In this document: one piece after another, positions 8,364 to 17,972 of the stretch | Numbering within the stretch: the stretch's first letter is position 1 | Layout: every line of letters begins with the position of its first letter | NCBI GenBank assembly: GCA_001771575.1 | Contig: MEUD01000001.1 | Coordinates: 768,815-832,814 of the forward strand | DNA from: a candidate division WOR-1 bacterium RIFOXYB2_FULL_45_9 | GTDB taxonomy: Bacteria > Margulisbacteria > WOR-1 > O2-12-FULL-45-9 > XYB2-FULL-48-7 | Direction: 5' to 3' | Length of the DNA: 64,000 bases | The notes under the pieces: model-generated | Databases searched by the model: none | What the model was told of the DNA's origin: nothing | What the model saw: only the letters and a program-made list of their open reading frames with translations | Position numbers and translations under genes: made by a program

Positions 8364-10106
8364 TCAGAAGAAACTTAAAACAAAGTTAAGCAGGCCGCCG
8401 ACGGTCAAGGACGTGACCAGCATGATCGCCGTCGCCTTGAGCATGTCCCCCCATCCCAGCTCTTTGATAAAAATAATAAACGTGGCAATGCAGGGAAAGA
8501 AGGTCGCCAGAACGACCGACGCGACAATCAACTGCTTGACCGACAGGGCCAACGGTAGAAGCATGCCGACCGCGACGTCCTTGCGAAGAAAACCGATAAT
8601 GATCGCCACGATCGCCCCTTTGGGAAGCCCAAGCAGGCCACTGACCACCGGAGCGGTCACACCGGCAATCGCATCAAATATATTCAAATAATAGAGCAGA
8701 TTGACGACCAGCACCCCCAGCATGATCAGCGGTAGCGCTTCGGTAATAAATTCCCTCACCCGCCACCAGGTTTTACGGAACAGCACCTTGGGAGGAGGCC
8801 AGCGGTAAGGCGGGATCTCCAAAAGAAGTTCCGGACTAAATCCCGGGGTCAGGCGGTTCATAATTAAACCCAAAACCAGCCAGGTCAGGCCAAGTGTCCC
8901 GTAAACGACCATGACCGGTAATAACCCATGATGGCCCAAAAGGCCAATGATCATCGCCTGCAGAGCGGCGCACGGGATCCCGATCGAGATCAGGGTCGAG
9001 GCGATAAATCTCTCCCGTTTGCTCTCTAAAACCCTGGTCGCCAAAATACCAGGCACATTACAGCCAAAAGAAAGGAGGGTCGGCACAATGGCAAATCCAT
9101 GCAAACCGAGGTGATGCATCAAGTTGTCCATCAGGACCGCCAGCCGCGGCAAATATCCGGAATCCTCCAGCAAGCCGAGGATTAGATAAAAAGAAATGAT
9201 ATAGGGAAGGACCATGGCGAACTCAACGTAAAGCGCCGTGCTCAAGACCCCGAACGATTGAATATAATCGATCCGGCCGGCGATCAACCTGCCGACTAAA
9301 ACATCGTGAAGCAAGCCGCCTCCGCCAAGCCAGCCGCTAAGTTTCAGGAGGACCGGGGTCCAAATATTATCAAAAATCGGGATGGAAATATAATTAATGA
9401 TCCCTTCGCCCAACGCGCGGATCAAGAAAAACGAGGCAAGCGCGATGACCAGAGCGAAAGGCAAGCCGGTCTCCGGTTTGATCGTCATATCGTGGAGCTT
9501 TTCCCAAAAAGTGTGGTGCCGGTGCTCCAGCCTTTGAGCCAGAGCAATGATCCGCCCGATGTCTTCCCAACGCTCGTCGCGGGTGTGTTTTCTTATCTTT
9601 GGCGGTCGCACTTTATAGACCTGGCCGATCAAACGGGCAAATCCTTCACCGGTCACCGCCACGGTCGGCACGACCGGCACGTCCAGCCAGTCGGACAGTT
9701 GTTTCAGATCGATATGGATCCCCCGGTGCTTGGTATCGTCCCACATGTTTAGGGCAACGATGACCGGGATCTTTAGTTCCATCAGCTCAAGGGTCAGGTA
9801 AAGATTACGCTCCAGATTGGTCGCGTCAACCACGTTGATAATAATGTCTCCGGTCTTGACCGCGGCTTTGGTCGCCTCTTTAATAATTTCGCAGGTCACT
9901 TCTTCCGCTTTGCAGGTCGGCTCCAAAGTATATGTTCCGGGGACATCGATCACTTCGACTTTTTCTTCGCCCAGGAGCATGTACCCTTTGCGAAACTCGA
10001 CCGTCGTCCCTGGGTAGTTGGAGGTAATGACCTCCAGTCCGGTCAAACGGGAAAAGACGGCGCTTTTCCCGACGTTCGGGTTGCCGACCAACAGTACCTT
10101 TCTCAT
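8364..10106 (-). CDS. feoB: ferrous iron transporter FeoB (short form)
   Basis: 580 aa. N-terminal GNPNVGKS G-domain, DVPGTYTL, then a polytopic membrane domain. Confidence 0.9.
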   Translation of the reverse strand: MRKVLLVGNPNVGKSAVFSRLTGLEVITSNYPGTTVEFRKGYMLLGEEKVEVIDVPGTYTLEPTCKAEEVTCEIIKEATKAAVKTGDIIINVVDATNLERNLYLTLELMELKIPVIVALNMWDDTKHRGIHIDLKQLSDWLDVPVVPTVAVTGEGFARLIGQVYKVRPPKIRKHTRDERWEDIGRIIALAQRLEHRHHTFWEKLHDMTIKPETGLPFALVIALASFFLIRALGEGIINYISIPIFDNIWTPVLLKLSGWLGGGGLLHDVLVGRLIAGRIDYIQSFGVLSTALYVEFAMVLPYIISFYLILGLLEDSGYLPRLAVLMDNLMHHLGLHGFAIVPTLLSFGCNVPGILATRVLESKRERFIASTLISIGIPCAALQAMIIGLLGHHGLLPVMVVYGTLGLTWLVLGLIMNRLTPGFSPELLLEIPPYRWPPPKVLFRKTWWRVREFITEALPLIMLGVLVVNLLYYLNIFDAIAGVTAPVVSGLLGLPKGAIVAIIIGFLRKDVAVGMLLPLALSVKQLIVASVVLATFFPCIATFIIFIKELGWGDMLKATAIMLVTSLTVGGLLNFVLSFF

Positions 10107-10354
10107 CCTTCAACCTCCAGCATAACTTTCCCCGCCATGGAATGTCCCAGCGCGATCTGGGTATGGCCGACCCTCACGGTGATCGGGCCGAGGAAGTACA
10201 TCCCGCTGACCTTGGTCACTTTCAGGCCAACCCGCAAGCCAAGGGCCGCCAGGCGTCTTTTTAATCCATCGCCGCCACCGACATCTTTAACAATGCCGGA
10301 CTCGCCGTTGCGTGTCTTGTTCAAAGGGATGAGCATATGTTCATTATACTCCAA
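10103..10354 (-). CDS. feoA: FeoA family protein
   Basis: 83 aa SH3-like protein (GESGIVKDV...RLAALGLRVGLKV). 4-nt overlap with feoB. Confidence 0.8.
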   Translation of the reverse strand: MEYNEHMLIPLNKTRNGESGIVKDVGGGDGLKRRLAALGLRVGLKVTKVSGMYFLGPITVRVGHTQIALGHSMAGKVMLEVEG

Positions 10355-10434
10355 AAAACAATAAAAGTTGAAATTATCCGGCGGCGGAGCCGATAGATAG
10401 AAAGCATTCCCTCATCTGCTATAATGAGAAAGAA

Positions 10435-12231
10435 ATGAAAAAGATCATCAACATCGCGATCATCGCCCACGTCGACCACGGCAAGACGACGTTGACCGAC
10501 CATCTCCTCCGCCAAGGGGGAGCGTTCGGTGAGCGGGACGAAGTCGTGGAGCTGGTCATGGACAGCAACGACCTGGAGCGGGAGCGCGGCATCACCATTT
10601 TTTCCAAGAACTGCTCGATCAAGTACAAAGATTACAAGATCAACATCGTCGACACCCCCGGCCACGCCGATTTCGGCTCCGAGGTCGAACGGGTCCTAAA
10701 AATGGTCGACAGCGTCCTCCTGCTGGTCGACGCGCGCGAAGGACCGATGCCGCAAACCAAGTTCGTCCTTTCCAAGTCGCTCAAGCTCGGCTTACGCCCC
10801 ATCGTCGTCATCAACAAGATCGACAAAAAAGGGCACCGGGCACATAACGTCGTCGACGAGGTCTTTGACCTGTTCGTCAAGCTCGACGCCACCGACCTCC
10901 AGCTCGATTTTCCCATTGTCTACACCATCTCCCGGGAAGGGATCGCCAAACATAACCTGGAAGACAAAAGCACCGATCTGACCCCGCTGTTTGAAACCAT
11001 CCTGAAACACGTCGCCCCATACCCGGACAAGAGCGACAAGCCGCTCCAGATGCAGGTCACCAATCTGGCCTACGACGACTACGTCGGCCGGATCGCCATC
11101 GGCCGGGTACTAAGCGGCAAATTAAACAAAGGGGCTAACATCGCGGTTTGCAAGCGGGACGGCTCGGTCATTCCCGGCAAGATCACTAAACTTCATATTT
11201 TTGACGGCTTGAAGCAGGTCGAGTTAAATGAAGCCGATTGCGGCGACATCGTCTCGGTCGCGGGAATGCCCGACATCACCATTGGTGAAACGATCACCGC
11301 AGCGGAAGATCCCCGCCCTCTCCCTCTTTTAGTGATCGACGAGCCGACCCTGACCATGGAATTTATCGTCAACAACTCCCCTTTCGCCGGCCGCGAGGGG
11401 AAATTCGTCACCACCCGCCAGATCAAAGAGCGGCTGGAGCGGGAACTGGAGACCAACGTCGGTCTGCGGCTGGAGCCGCTGGAAAACGGCGAAGGGTTCA
11501 AGGTTTCCGGCCGCGGCGAGCTCCACCTGTCGATCCTGCTGGAAGAGATGCGCCGGGAAAATTACGAGGTACAGGTCTCCCAGCCCAAGGTCATCTTCAA
11601 GACGATCAACAACGAAAAGATGGAGCCGATGGAACAAGCGATCATCCAGGTGCCGGAGCAGTTTGCCGGAACAGTGATCGAAAAGCTCGGCAAACGCCGG
11701 GGAGAAATGCTCGATATGGGGAACAAGAACGGGACCACCACCCTCACCTACATGGTCCCGACCCGCGGGCTCCTCGGCTTCCGGGCGGAATTCATCATGG
11801 ACACCAAAGGAGAAGGGATCCTCAATCACGCTTTTGCCAAATACGAACGGTTCAAGGGGGAGATCGCCCAGCGCCAGAATGGGGTTTTGATCTCCGGCAA
11901 CACCGGCAAGACCGCCTCTTACGCCCTCGACAACCTCCAGCAGAGGGCCCGCCTCTTTGTTAAACCGGGAATTGAGGTTTACGAGGGGATGATCGTGGGA
12001 GAAAACTCCCGTGCCATGGATATGACGGTCAATCCGTGCAAAGAAAAAAAGCAGACCAACATCCGGGCGGCCAGCGCCGATGAAGCGATCCGGCTGACCC
12101 CGCCGATCATATTAACTCTGGAACAGGCGCTCGAATTCATCGATGACGACGAGCTGGTGGAGATCACCCCAAAAAACATCCGCCTGCGGAAAAAATACCT
12201 CACCGAGAACGAGCGGGACCGGAACCGTTAA
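10435..12231 (+). CDS. typA: translational GTPase TypA/BipA
   Basis: 598 aa. [27 protein letters not shown] motifs and BipA-length C-terminal domains. Confidence 0.95.
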   Translation: MKKIINIAIIAHVDHGKTTLTDHLLRQGGAFGERDEVVELVMDSNDLERERGITIFSKNCSIKYKDYKINIVDTPGHADFGSEVERVLKMVDSVLLLVDAREGPMPQTKFVLSKSLKLGLRPIVVINKIDKKGHRAHNVVDEVFDLFVKLDATDLQLDFPIVYTISREGIAKHNLEDKSTDLTPLFETILKHVAPYPDKSDKPLQMQVTNLAYDDYVGRIAIGRVLSGKLNKGANIAVCKRDGSVIPGKITKLHIFDGLKQVELNEADCGDIVSVAGMPDITIGETITAAEDPRPLPLLVIDEPTLTMEFIVNNSPFAGREGKFVTTRQIKERLERELETNVGLRLEPLENGEGFKVSGRGELHLSILLEEMRRENYEVQVSQPKVIFKTINNEKMEPMEQAIIQVPEQFAGTVIEKLGKRRGEMLDMGNKNGTTTLTYMVPTRGLLGFRAEFIMDTKGEGILNHAFAKYERFKGEIAQRQNGVLISGNTGKTASYALDNLQQRARLFVKPGIEVYEGMIVGENSRAMDMTVNPCKEKKQTNIRAASADEAIRLTPPIILTLEQALEFIDDDELVEITPKNIRLRKKYLTENERDRNR

Positions 12232-12234
12232 TTA

Positions 12235-12307
12235 TGGAGCCGAGGGGGATCGAACCCCTGGCCTCTAGAATGCAAATCTAGCGCTCTCCCATCTGAGCTA
12301 CGGCCCC
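12235..12307 (-). tRNA. tRNA-Ala (anticodon UGC), CCA not encoded
   Basis: Reverse complement: GGGGCCGTAGCTCAGATGGGAGAGCGCTAGATTTGCATTCTAGAGGCCAGGGGTTCGATCCCCCTCGGCTCCA. It folds as a cloverleaf with a G3:U70 pair and anticodon loop TTTGCAT. The discriminator A is followed by TAA. Confidence 0.9.
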
Positions 12308-12309
12308 AA

Positions 12310-13662
12310 TTAGTCTACTTTAGGAACTTTTTTTAACGCTTCTTTGATCTTCTCCATCGGGTATTCATAATCTTCAAGCTTACCGGAAAGATAGGTGTCG
12401 TAGGCGGCCAGGTCAAAATGACCGTGCCCGCTCAAATTGAAAATGATCACTTCTCCCTCTTTCGCTTTTTTCGCTTCTTCGATCGCGCAATGGATGGCGT
12501 GCGAGCTCTCCGGCGCGGGGATGATCCCTTCGGTCCGGGCAAAAAGGACCGCGGAGGCAAAACACTCGGTCTGATGATACGCCTTGGCTTCAATAACTTT
12601 ATCTTTGGCCAGGTTGCTGACGATCGGGGCCATTCCGTGGTAGCGCAACCCCCCCGCATGGATCCCTGGAGGCATAAAGTCGTGCCCCAGAGTGAACATT
12701 TTGACCAATGGGGTCAGCCCGGCGGTATCGCCGAAGTCGTACTCAAAAAGCCCTTTAGTTAAAGTTGGACACGACATCGGCTCAACGGCGATGACTCTTG
12801 GATTGGTCTTTCCTTTTAACTTGTCTTTCAGGAACGGGAAAGCGAGACCGGCAAAATTACTCCCGCCGCCGACACAGCCGATAATGACGTCGGGATCCTT
12901 TTCGCCGATCGACTTCAATTGTTCGATCGCTTCCAAGCCAATGACCGTCTGGTGAAGGAGGACGTGATTTAAGACCGAGCCGAGAGAGTACTTGGTGTCT
13001 TCCCGTTTGACCGCGTCTTCCACCGCTTCGGAAATCGCCAGTCCCAGGCTCCCCTTGTTTTGCGGGTCGCTCTTCAAAACGCTCCGGCCGTATTCGGTCA
13101 GCTCGCTCGGCGAAGCGACAACATTCCCCCCCCAAGCTTGCATCATCAGCTTCCGGTATGGTTTTTGATCAAAGCTGACCCGGACCATATAGACCTGGCA
13201 TTCTAATTTAAACAAGGCGCAGGCAAAGGAAAGAGCTGATCCCCACTGCCCCGCCCCGGTCTCGGTCGCGATCCTTTTGACCCCTTCTTTTTTATTATAG
13301 TAAACCTGGGCCACGGCGGTGTTCGGCTTGTGCGACCCGGCCGGGGAAACGCTTTCGTTCTTATAGTAGATCCTGGCTTTTGTTCCCAACGCTTTCTCCA
13401 GGCTCAAAGCCCGGACCAGCGGCGTCGGCCGCCAAAGCTTGAGAATGTCGAGAACTTCCTGAGGGATATCGATCCACGGGTCGATCGAAACCTCCTGCTT
13501 GATGATCTCCATCGGAAAAAGCGGGGCCAGGTCGGCCGGGCCAAGCGGCTTATGGGTCGCCGGATGGAGCGGCGGCGCCAGTGGTGTTTTTAGGTCGGGA
13601 GCGATGTTGTACCAGCGGGTCGGCATCTCTTTTTCACTTAACAGGATCTTTCTATCTGTCAT
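12310..13662 (-). CDS. TrpB2-type tryptophan synthase beta-like PLP enzyme
   Basis: [12 protein letters not shown]... N-terminus typical of TrpB2, PLP-fold motifs ([15 protein letters not shown]). Start at 13662 preferred (GGAGGA 7 nt upstream). The track ORF extends to 13692. Confidence 0.85.
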   Translation of the reverse strand: MTDRKILLSEKEMPTRWYNIAPDLKTPLAPPLHPATHKPLGPADLAPLFPMEIIKQEVSIDPWIDIPQEVLDILKLWRPTPLVRALSLEKALGTKARIYYKNESVSPAGSHKPNTAVAQVYYNKKEGVKRIATETGAGQWGSALSFACALFKLECQVYMVRVSFDQKPYRKLMMQAWGGNVVASPSELTEYGRSVLKSDPQNKGSLGLAISEAVEDAVKREDTKYSLGSVLNHVLLHQTVIGLEAIEQLKSIGEKDPDVIIGCVGGGSNFAGLAFPFLKDKLKGKTNPRVIAVEPMSCPTLTKGLFEYDFGDTAGLTPLVKMFTLGHDFMPPGIHAGGLRYHGMAPIVSNLAKDKVIEAKAYHQTECFASAVLFARTEGIIPAPESSHAIHCAIEEAKKAKEGEVIIFNLSGHGHFDLAAYDTYLSGKLEDYEYPMEKIKEALKKVPKVD

Positions 13663-13679
13663 AAGGGTTTCCTCCATAT

Positions 13680-13702
13680 CCCGCGAATTCATTCACGGTT
13701 AA
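13680..13702. repeat. palindromic intergenic element, copy 1 (imperfect, inverted orientation)
   Basis: CCCGCGAATTCATTCACGGTTAA. Arms CCGCGAAT / ATTCACGG have 1 mismatch. Shares the AACCG flank with copies at 13741, 25740 and 53035. Confidence 0.6.
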
Positions 13703-13740
13703 AAGCTATTTTAGCAAAATAATACCGGGAATGCTATTTT

Positions 13741-13762
13741 AACCGGCGAATTCATTCGCCGG
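13741..13762. repeat. palindromic intergenic element, copy 2
   Basis: AACCGGCGAATTCATTCGCCGG. Perfect 9-bp arms CCGGCGAAT / ATTCGCCGG. Overlaps the putative -35 of pyrK. Confidence 0.65.
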
Positions 13763-13779
13763 ATGTTTTATGATATAAT
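13751..13779 (+). promoter_or_regulatory. possible extended -10 promoter of pyrK
   Basis: TGATATAAT (13771-13779) with a weak TTCATT -35 at 17-nt spacing. Only 8 nt separate it from the ATG at 13788 and no SD is present, so the transcript would be nearly leaderless. Confidence 0.35.
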
Positions 13780-13787
13780 TACAATCA

Positions 13788-14582
13788 ATGGCGACACAAG
13801 AACAGTGCCAAGTCCTCGACCAAACCCAAGTTGGCCCTCGATATTTCAAGCTGACCCTCAAATCTCTTTACATTTCCACCAACGCCGAACCTGGGCAATT
13901 CGTCAACGTCAGGGTCGACAGCGGGACCGAGCCGCTACTGCGGCGCCCGATCAGTCTCCATAAGATCAACCGGGAAGACCAAACCTTTGAACTCCTCTAC
14001 GAAGTACTCGGCCAGGGGACGGAACTTCTCTCCAAAGTCATTATTGGCAGTAAACTCGACGTCCTCGGACCGCTCGGCAGTGGTTTCAAGTTCGACCCGG
14101 AGAAAAAGATCGCCATCCTGGTCGGCGGCGGCATGGGGGTCGCCCCTCTTCTCCCCCTCGCGCAACAATTAAAAACCCTTGGCGGACGGGCGGTCTATGC
14201 CCTGGCCGGGGCGAGAGATAAAAGCTGTCTTCTCTGTGAAACGGACTTTGCTGAACTGGCCAATGAAAAGGTCGTCGCTACCGATGACGGGAGCCACGGC
14301 CGTCGGGGCTACGTCTCCGATCTTCTGCTCGACCTGCTAAATAACACGGTCGAAGCGCGCCACTACCCGCAAACCACCATTTACGCCTGCGGCCCCAAGG
14401 GGATGCTCAAAGCGGTTGCCGAGATCGCCCTGCAGAGACAAATTGACTGCCAGGTCTCGCTCGAAGAAAAAATGGCCTGCGGCGTCGGCGCCTGTCTCGG
14501 CTGCGCGGTCATGACCACCGGCGGCTATAAGACGGTATGCAAGGACGGGCCGGTCTTCAACGCCAGGGAGATATCATGGTAG
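13788..14582 (+). CDS. pyrK: dihydroorotate dehydrogenase B electron-transfer subunit PyrK
   Basis: 264 aa. RRPISL FAD motif, GGGMGVAPL, C-terminal CGVGACLGC 2Fe-2S motif. Confidence 0.85.
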   Translation: MATQEQCQVLDQTQVGPRYFKLTLKSLYISTNAEPGQFVNVRVDSGTEPLLRRPISLHKINREDQTFELLYEVLGQGTELLSKVIIGSKLDVLGPLGSGFKFDPEKKIAILVGGGMGVAPLLPLAQQLKTLGGRAVYALAGARDKSCLLCETDFAELANEKVVATDDGSHGRRGYVSDLLLDLLNNTVEARHYPQTTIYACGPKGMLKAVAEIALQRQIDCQVSLEEKMACGVGACLGCAVMTTGGYKTVCKDGPVFNAREISW

Positions 14583-15475
14583 AACTCGCCGGCATAAAGC
14601 TAAACAACCCGGTTCTGGTCGCTTCCGGGACTTTTGGCTACGGCAAAGAGTATGCCGACTTCTTTGATCTGAACAAGCTCGGCGGGATCATCACCAAAAG
14701 CGTCACCCTAATGGCCAAAGAAGGGAATCCCCCGCCACGGATCGTCGAAACCCCCTCCGGCATGATCAACTCGATCGGCCTGCAAAACGAAGGGTTGGAA
14801 GCTTTCTTAAAGACCGCGCTCCCCTTCCTGGCAAAACTCGAGATCCCGGCCATCGTCAACATCGCCGGCGACACCGTGGACGAATACGCCGAACTAGCTA
14901 AACAGTTAAGTAAAGAAAAAACAGTCAAGGGGATCGAAGTTAACATCTCCTGCCCCAACGTCAAAAAAGGGGGAATGGCTTTCGGGATCGATCCAGCTAC
15001 GACCAAAGAAGTGATCGGCGCGGTCCGCAAGGCAACAACCCTGCCGGTCATCGCCAAACTCTCCCCTAACGTTACGGATATTACCCTGACCGCCAAAGCG
15101 GCCGAAAGCTCGGGGGCCAACGCCATTTCCCTGATAAACACCGTCGTCGCCATGGCAATTGACATCGAAACCCGGCGCTCCCGGATCGGCCGGAAGACCG
15201 GCGGGCTCTCCGGCCCGGCGATCCGTCCGATCGCAGTCCGAATGGTCCATGAAGCGAGCCGCGCGGTCAAGATCCCGATCATCGGCATCGGCGGGATCGT
15301 GACCGGCTCCGACGCGATCGAATTCTTCCTGGCGGGAGCCTCGGCAGTTGAAGTCGGGACCGCAAACTTTGTCGACACCGCCGCCCCCCTGCGAATCCTG
15401 GCGGAGATCAACGCTTATCTGGCCAAGCACGAGATTAGCGACTACGACGAACTGATCGGCGCGTTCAAAGAATAA
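14576..15475 (+). CDS. pyrD: dihydroorotate dehydrogenase B catalytic subunit PyrD
   Basis: LKLNNPVLVASGTFGYG, NISCPN, GGLSGPAIRP motifs. ATG at 14576 overlaps the pyrK stop (ATGGTAG). The track start at 14537 is probably too long. Confidence 0.9.
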   Translation: MVELAGIKLNNPVLVASGTFGYGKEYADFFDLNKLGGIITKSVTLMAKEGNPPPRIVETPSGMINSIGLQNEGLEAFLKTALPFLAKLEIPAIVNIAGDTVDEYAELAKQLSKEKTVKGIEVNISCPNVKKGGMAFGIDPATTKEVIGAVRKATTLPVIAKLSPNVTDITLTAKAAESSGANAISLINTVVAMAIDIETRRSRIGRKTGGLSGPAIRPIAVRMVHEASRAVKIPIIGIGGIVTGSDAIEFFLAGASAVEVGTANFVDTAAPLRILAEINAYLAKHEISDYDELIGAFKE

Positions 15476-16248
15476 TGTTCATCGACACCCACGCTCACCT
15501 GACCTACCCGGAATTCGACCTTGACCTAAACGGTGTGATCGCCCGGGCGAAAGAAGCCCGGCTCGAAGCGATCGTTAACATCGCGCTTGACGAAGAGGCC
15601 AGACGAAAAGCCCGCTCGATTGCCGCCGAATATCCCGGCTATATTTTTACCGCGGTCGGGATCCATCCGCACGAAGCTTCGACCTGGACTAAACAGACCG
15701 AAGCCGACCTGCGCTTATTCATGAAAGAGAATAAAGTAGTCGGCCTGGGCGAAATGGGATTGGATTATCACTACAAGCTCTCCCCGCTCGAAAAACAGCA
15801 GGAGGTTTTCCGCCGCCAGCTCCAGATGGCGCAAGAGCTCGATCTGCCGGCAATCATCCACTCCCGGGAAGCGGCGGAAGATACGATCACTATTATCCGC
15901 GAAGAAAACAAAGGAGGGTTAAAAGGAGTATTGCACTGTTTCGCCGGCGACCCGCAACTGGAACAAGCCGCTCTTGAAGCCGGCCTCTACATATCTTACA
16001 CGGCCAATATCACCTATCCGAAAGCGGAGATCATCAGGGAATCGGCGGTCCGGGTCCCGCTCGAGCGGACCCTGATCGAGACCGATTGCCCATTCCTGGC
16101 GCCGCAGGTTTTCCGCGGCCAGCGCAACGAACCAAGCTATGTCGTTAAGGTCGCCGAAAAGATCGCGGAAGTTAAGGGACTCCCGCTCGCCGACGTCGCC
16201 ATAGCCACAACCAAAAACGCCAGACGATTGTTCGGTTTGCTTAGCTAA
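15475..16248 (+). CDS. TatD-family metal-dependent hydrolase
   Basis: 257 aa. MFIDTHAHL, GEMGLDYHY, IHSREA, ETDCPFLAP motifs. TAATG overlap with pyrD. Confidence 0.9.
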   Translation: MFIDTHAHLTYPEFDLDLNGVIARAKEARLEAIVNIALDEEARRKARSIAAEYPGYIFTAVGIHPHEASTWTKQTEADLRLFMKENKVVGLGEMGLDYHYKLSPLEKQQEVFRRQLQMAQELDLPAIIHSREAAEDTITIIREENKGGLKGVLHCFAGDPQLEQAALEAGLYISYTANITYPKAEIIRESAVRVPLERTLIETDCPFLAPQVFRGQRNEPSYVVKVAEKIAEVKGLPLADVAIATTKNARRLFGLLS

Positions 16249-16661
16249 AGCTTATAACCAGCCTGGAGTTGGAGCTTCCCCGAATCGGCGACATCGATCC
16301 CGGCTTCGAAAAATAACCGGTTAATGTCAAAAGGTCGGTCAAAAATAAGCGAAACTGACGGGCCGAAATCGGCGTTACCGTCACCACCGGAATAGACAAC
16401 CAGACCGAGGCCAAAGGAGAGTGGATAACGGCCGGAAATATTGGTCAGGTAGAATTTACCGCCAAAAAATAGAATAAGCGGTTTTTTCCCGGTGCAGGCC
16501 TCGGCCCCGAACCTTAAGCCGACCCGCGTCCCTACTTCCTCGTCCGCCATCATCCCCAAAGCCACTCCGCCCCGCACTCCGCCAATTACCGCCGGTGAAA
16601 GGGCCATGACGGAAGAAGAAAAAAACAGGCAAAAACAGATCAAGATGACGTTAATTTTCAT
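16245..16661 (-). CDS. small secreted Gly-rich protein, probable small beta-barrel
   Basis: 138 aa. Signal peptide (LFFSSSVMA|LS), alternating Gly/hydrophobic strands. Stop overlaps the stop of the convergent TatD-family gene. Confidence 0.5.
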   Translation of the reverse strand: MKINVILICFCLFFSSSVMALSPAVIGGVRGGVALGMMADEEVGTRVGLRFGAEACTGKKPLILFFGGKFYLTNISGRYPLSFGLGLVVYSGGDGNADFGPSVSLIFDRPFDINRLFFEAGIDVADSGKLQLQAGYKL

Positions 16662-16686
16662 TATTGATTCACCCCCCTATTCAAGA

Positions 16687-16728
16687 AAGCGGGGCCGATC
16701 GTTCGTCTGACCAGGCCCCCGCTTTTTT
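16687..16728 (-). terminator. GC hairpin between the two Gly-rich protein genes (possible bidirectional terminator)
   Basis: AAAGCGGGGCC ... GGCCCCCGCTTT with one bulge. The T6 run is on the plus strand and TTTCTT on the minus strand. Confidence 0.35.
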
Positions 16729-17524
16729 ACAACAAGATAGGCTGAGAAACTGAGAACATAACGCCTTTAGACGTTACATTATTGGACCTGACGACACCCC
16801 AGCCAAGCTCAAGGCCGGTTTTGCCCAGACCAAAGCCGAAATCGACTTTGAATCCAACGCCGGCATCACCGCCGATCTTGCCGCTTGTCTTGCCGTTTCC
16901 GTAAACAACATAGTTCAGTCCGCCGACCAGGTAAGGCTCAACCCCTCCCATCATTGGCAGGGCGATGGTTCCTCCGGCATAAACCGGTATCCCCTTCAAC
17001 CCCCCGCCGCCGCCGGCAACTACGCCAACGCCAAGCTTATATTTGATCGCCTTGGGGGAGAGCCCAAGCAGATTGTCCAACCCGGTAAAATCATCCAGGA
17101 TGACCTCACCTTTGATGCCGCCTGTGCCACTGTAATTTCCTTTACCGGTGTTGATGTACAATCCGGTCAATGCCGTGGGCACCCCGATACCAAACAGACC
17201 GGGGGGCGGCGATGGAATATTCACAACCGGAGCAGGCGGATTAACAACAACAGGCGGTGGTGGAGTCGGTGTGACGACCGCCGGTTTTTCCATCAAATTT
17301 TTCAATTTGTACCAGCGCGCCAGAGTCGCCTGTTTTTCGGTCTGCAGAAGGCTAACTTTCCCTTTGTTGCCGGCTTTCCGGTAATTAATGATCTTTGTGT
17401 CGACAACTTTCAGGTAGGCCCTGACCGCGTCCCTTTCTTCATCCAGAGAACGCTGGGCCAGGACTAGGCCTGCGGCAGAGACGACAAACATCGCTGTAAC
17501 TATAAATACTATTAATTTCTTCAT
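16727..17524 (-). CDS. secreted protein: coiled-coil, Pro-rich linker, Gly-rich beta region
   Basis: 265 aa. Signal peptide (AAGLVLA|QR), linker TPTPPPPVVVNPPAPVVNIPSPPPG, then a Gly-rich alternating region resembling 16245..16661. Confidence 0.55.
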   Translation of the reverse strand: MKKLIVFIVTAMFVVSAAGLVLAQRSLDEERDAVRAYLKVVDTKIINYRKAGNKGKVSLLQTEKQATLARWYKLKNLMEKPAVVTPTPPPPVVVNPPAPVVNIPSPPPGLFGIGVPTALTGLYINTGKGNYSGTGGIKGEVILDDFTGLDNLLGLSPKAIKYKLGVGVVAGGGGGLKGIPVYAGGTIALPMMGGVEPYLVGGLNYVVYGNGKTSGKIGGDAGVGFKVDFGFGLGKTGLELGWGVVRSNNVTSKGVMFSVSQPILL

Positions 17525-17617
17525 TTATTTCACCTCCTTTGGCGGCAAGTTTAACATAATGCCCGAAAAATACAATCCTTTCATTCTTCCCGTTGCCAAC
17601 AGAAAAACAGCCGCCTT

Positions 17618-17637
17618 ATGTCAATAGTTATTGACAT
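17618..17637. promoter_or_regulatory. candidate ArsR operator: 9-bp inverted repeat ATGTCAATA-GT-TATTGACAT
   Basis: Perfect arms at 17618-17626 and 17629-17637. The right arm contains the TTGACA -35 hexamer. Confidence 0.55.
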
Positions 17638-17659
17638 ATAAGGCCGGCTGTGTTATCCT
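17631..17659 (+). promoter_or_regulatory. ars operon promoter
   Basis: TTGACA (17631-17636), 17 nt, TATCCT (17654-17659). The ATG at 17667 is only 7 nt downstream with no SD. Confidence 0.5.
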
Positions 17660-17666
17660 TTTTAAA

Positions 17667-17972
17667 ATGAAAAGAAATTGCCCCTGCATCAACAAAGAGC
17701 TAAAACCAGTCGCGGCAACATTAAAAACGATCACGGAAGACAATCGCCTCCGCATCATCTGCCTCCTGCTAAAAAACGAACTTTGCGTCTGCGAATTGAC
17801 CGAAGCACTCGGTCTGCCGCACAACCTCCTTCTTCATCATCTAAAAACCCTGACCGCGAGAGGCTTGATAAAAAAGAGAACGGCCGGTAAATACTCATAC
17901 TACCGTTTGAATAAACTCGCTTTCGCTAAATTCAAAAAACAATTGGCAATGTTGTTTGAAGGAGAAAAATGA
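17667..17972 (+). CDS. arsR: ArsR/SmtB family metalloregulator
   Basis: [39 protein letters not shown] (ELCVCE metal site plus wHTH). The track ORF starts at TTG 17631; the ATG at 17667 is preferred. Confidence 0.85.
   Translation: MKRNCPCINKELKPVAATLKTITEDNRLRIICLLLKNELCVCELTEALGLPHNLLLHHLKTLTARGLIKKRTAGKYSYYRLNKLAFAKFKKQLAMLFEGEK

Noticed and set aside
14638-15411. 257-aa minus-strand ORF (and 14906..15430)
   Set aside because: Antisense to pyrD, whose catalytic motifs are clear. The Ala/Arg/Pro-rich composition indicates a shadow ORF.
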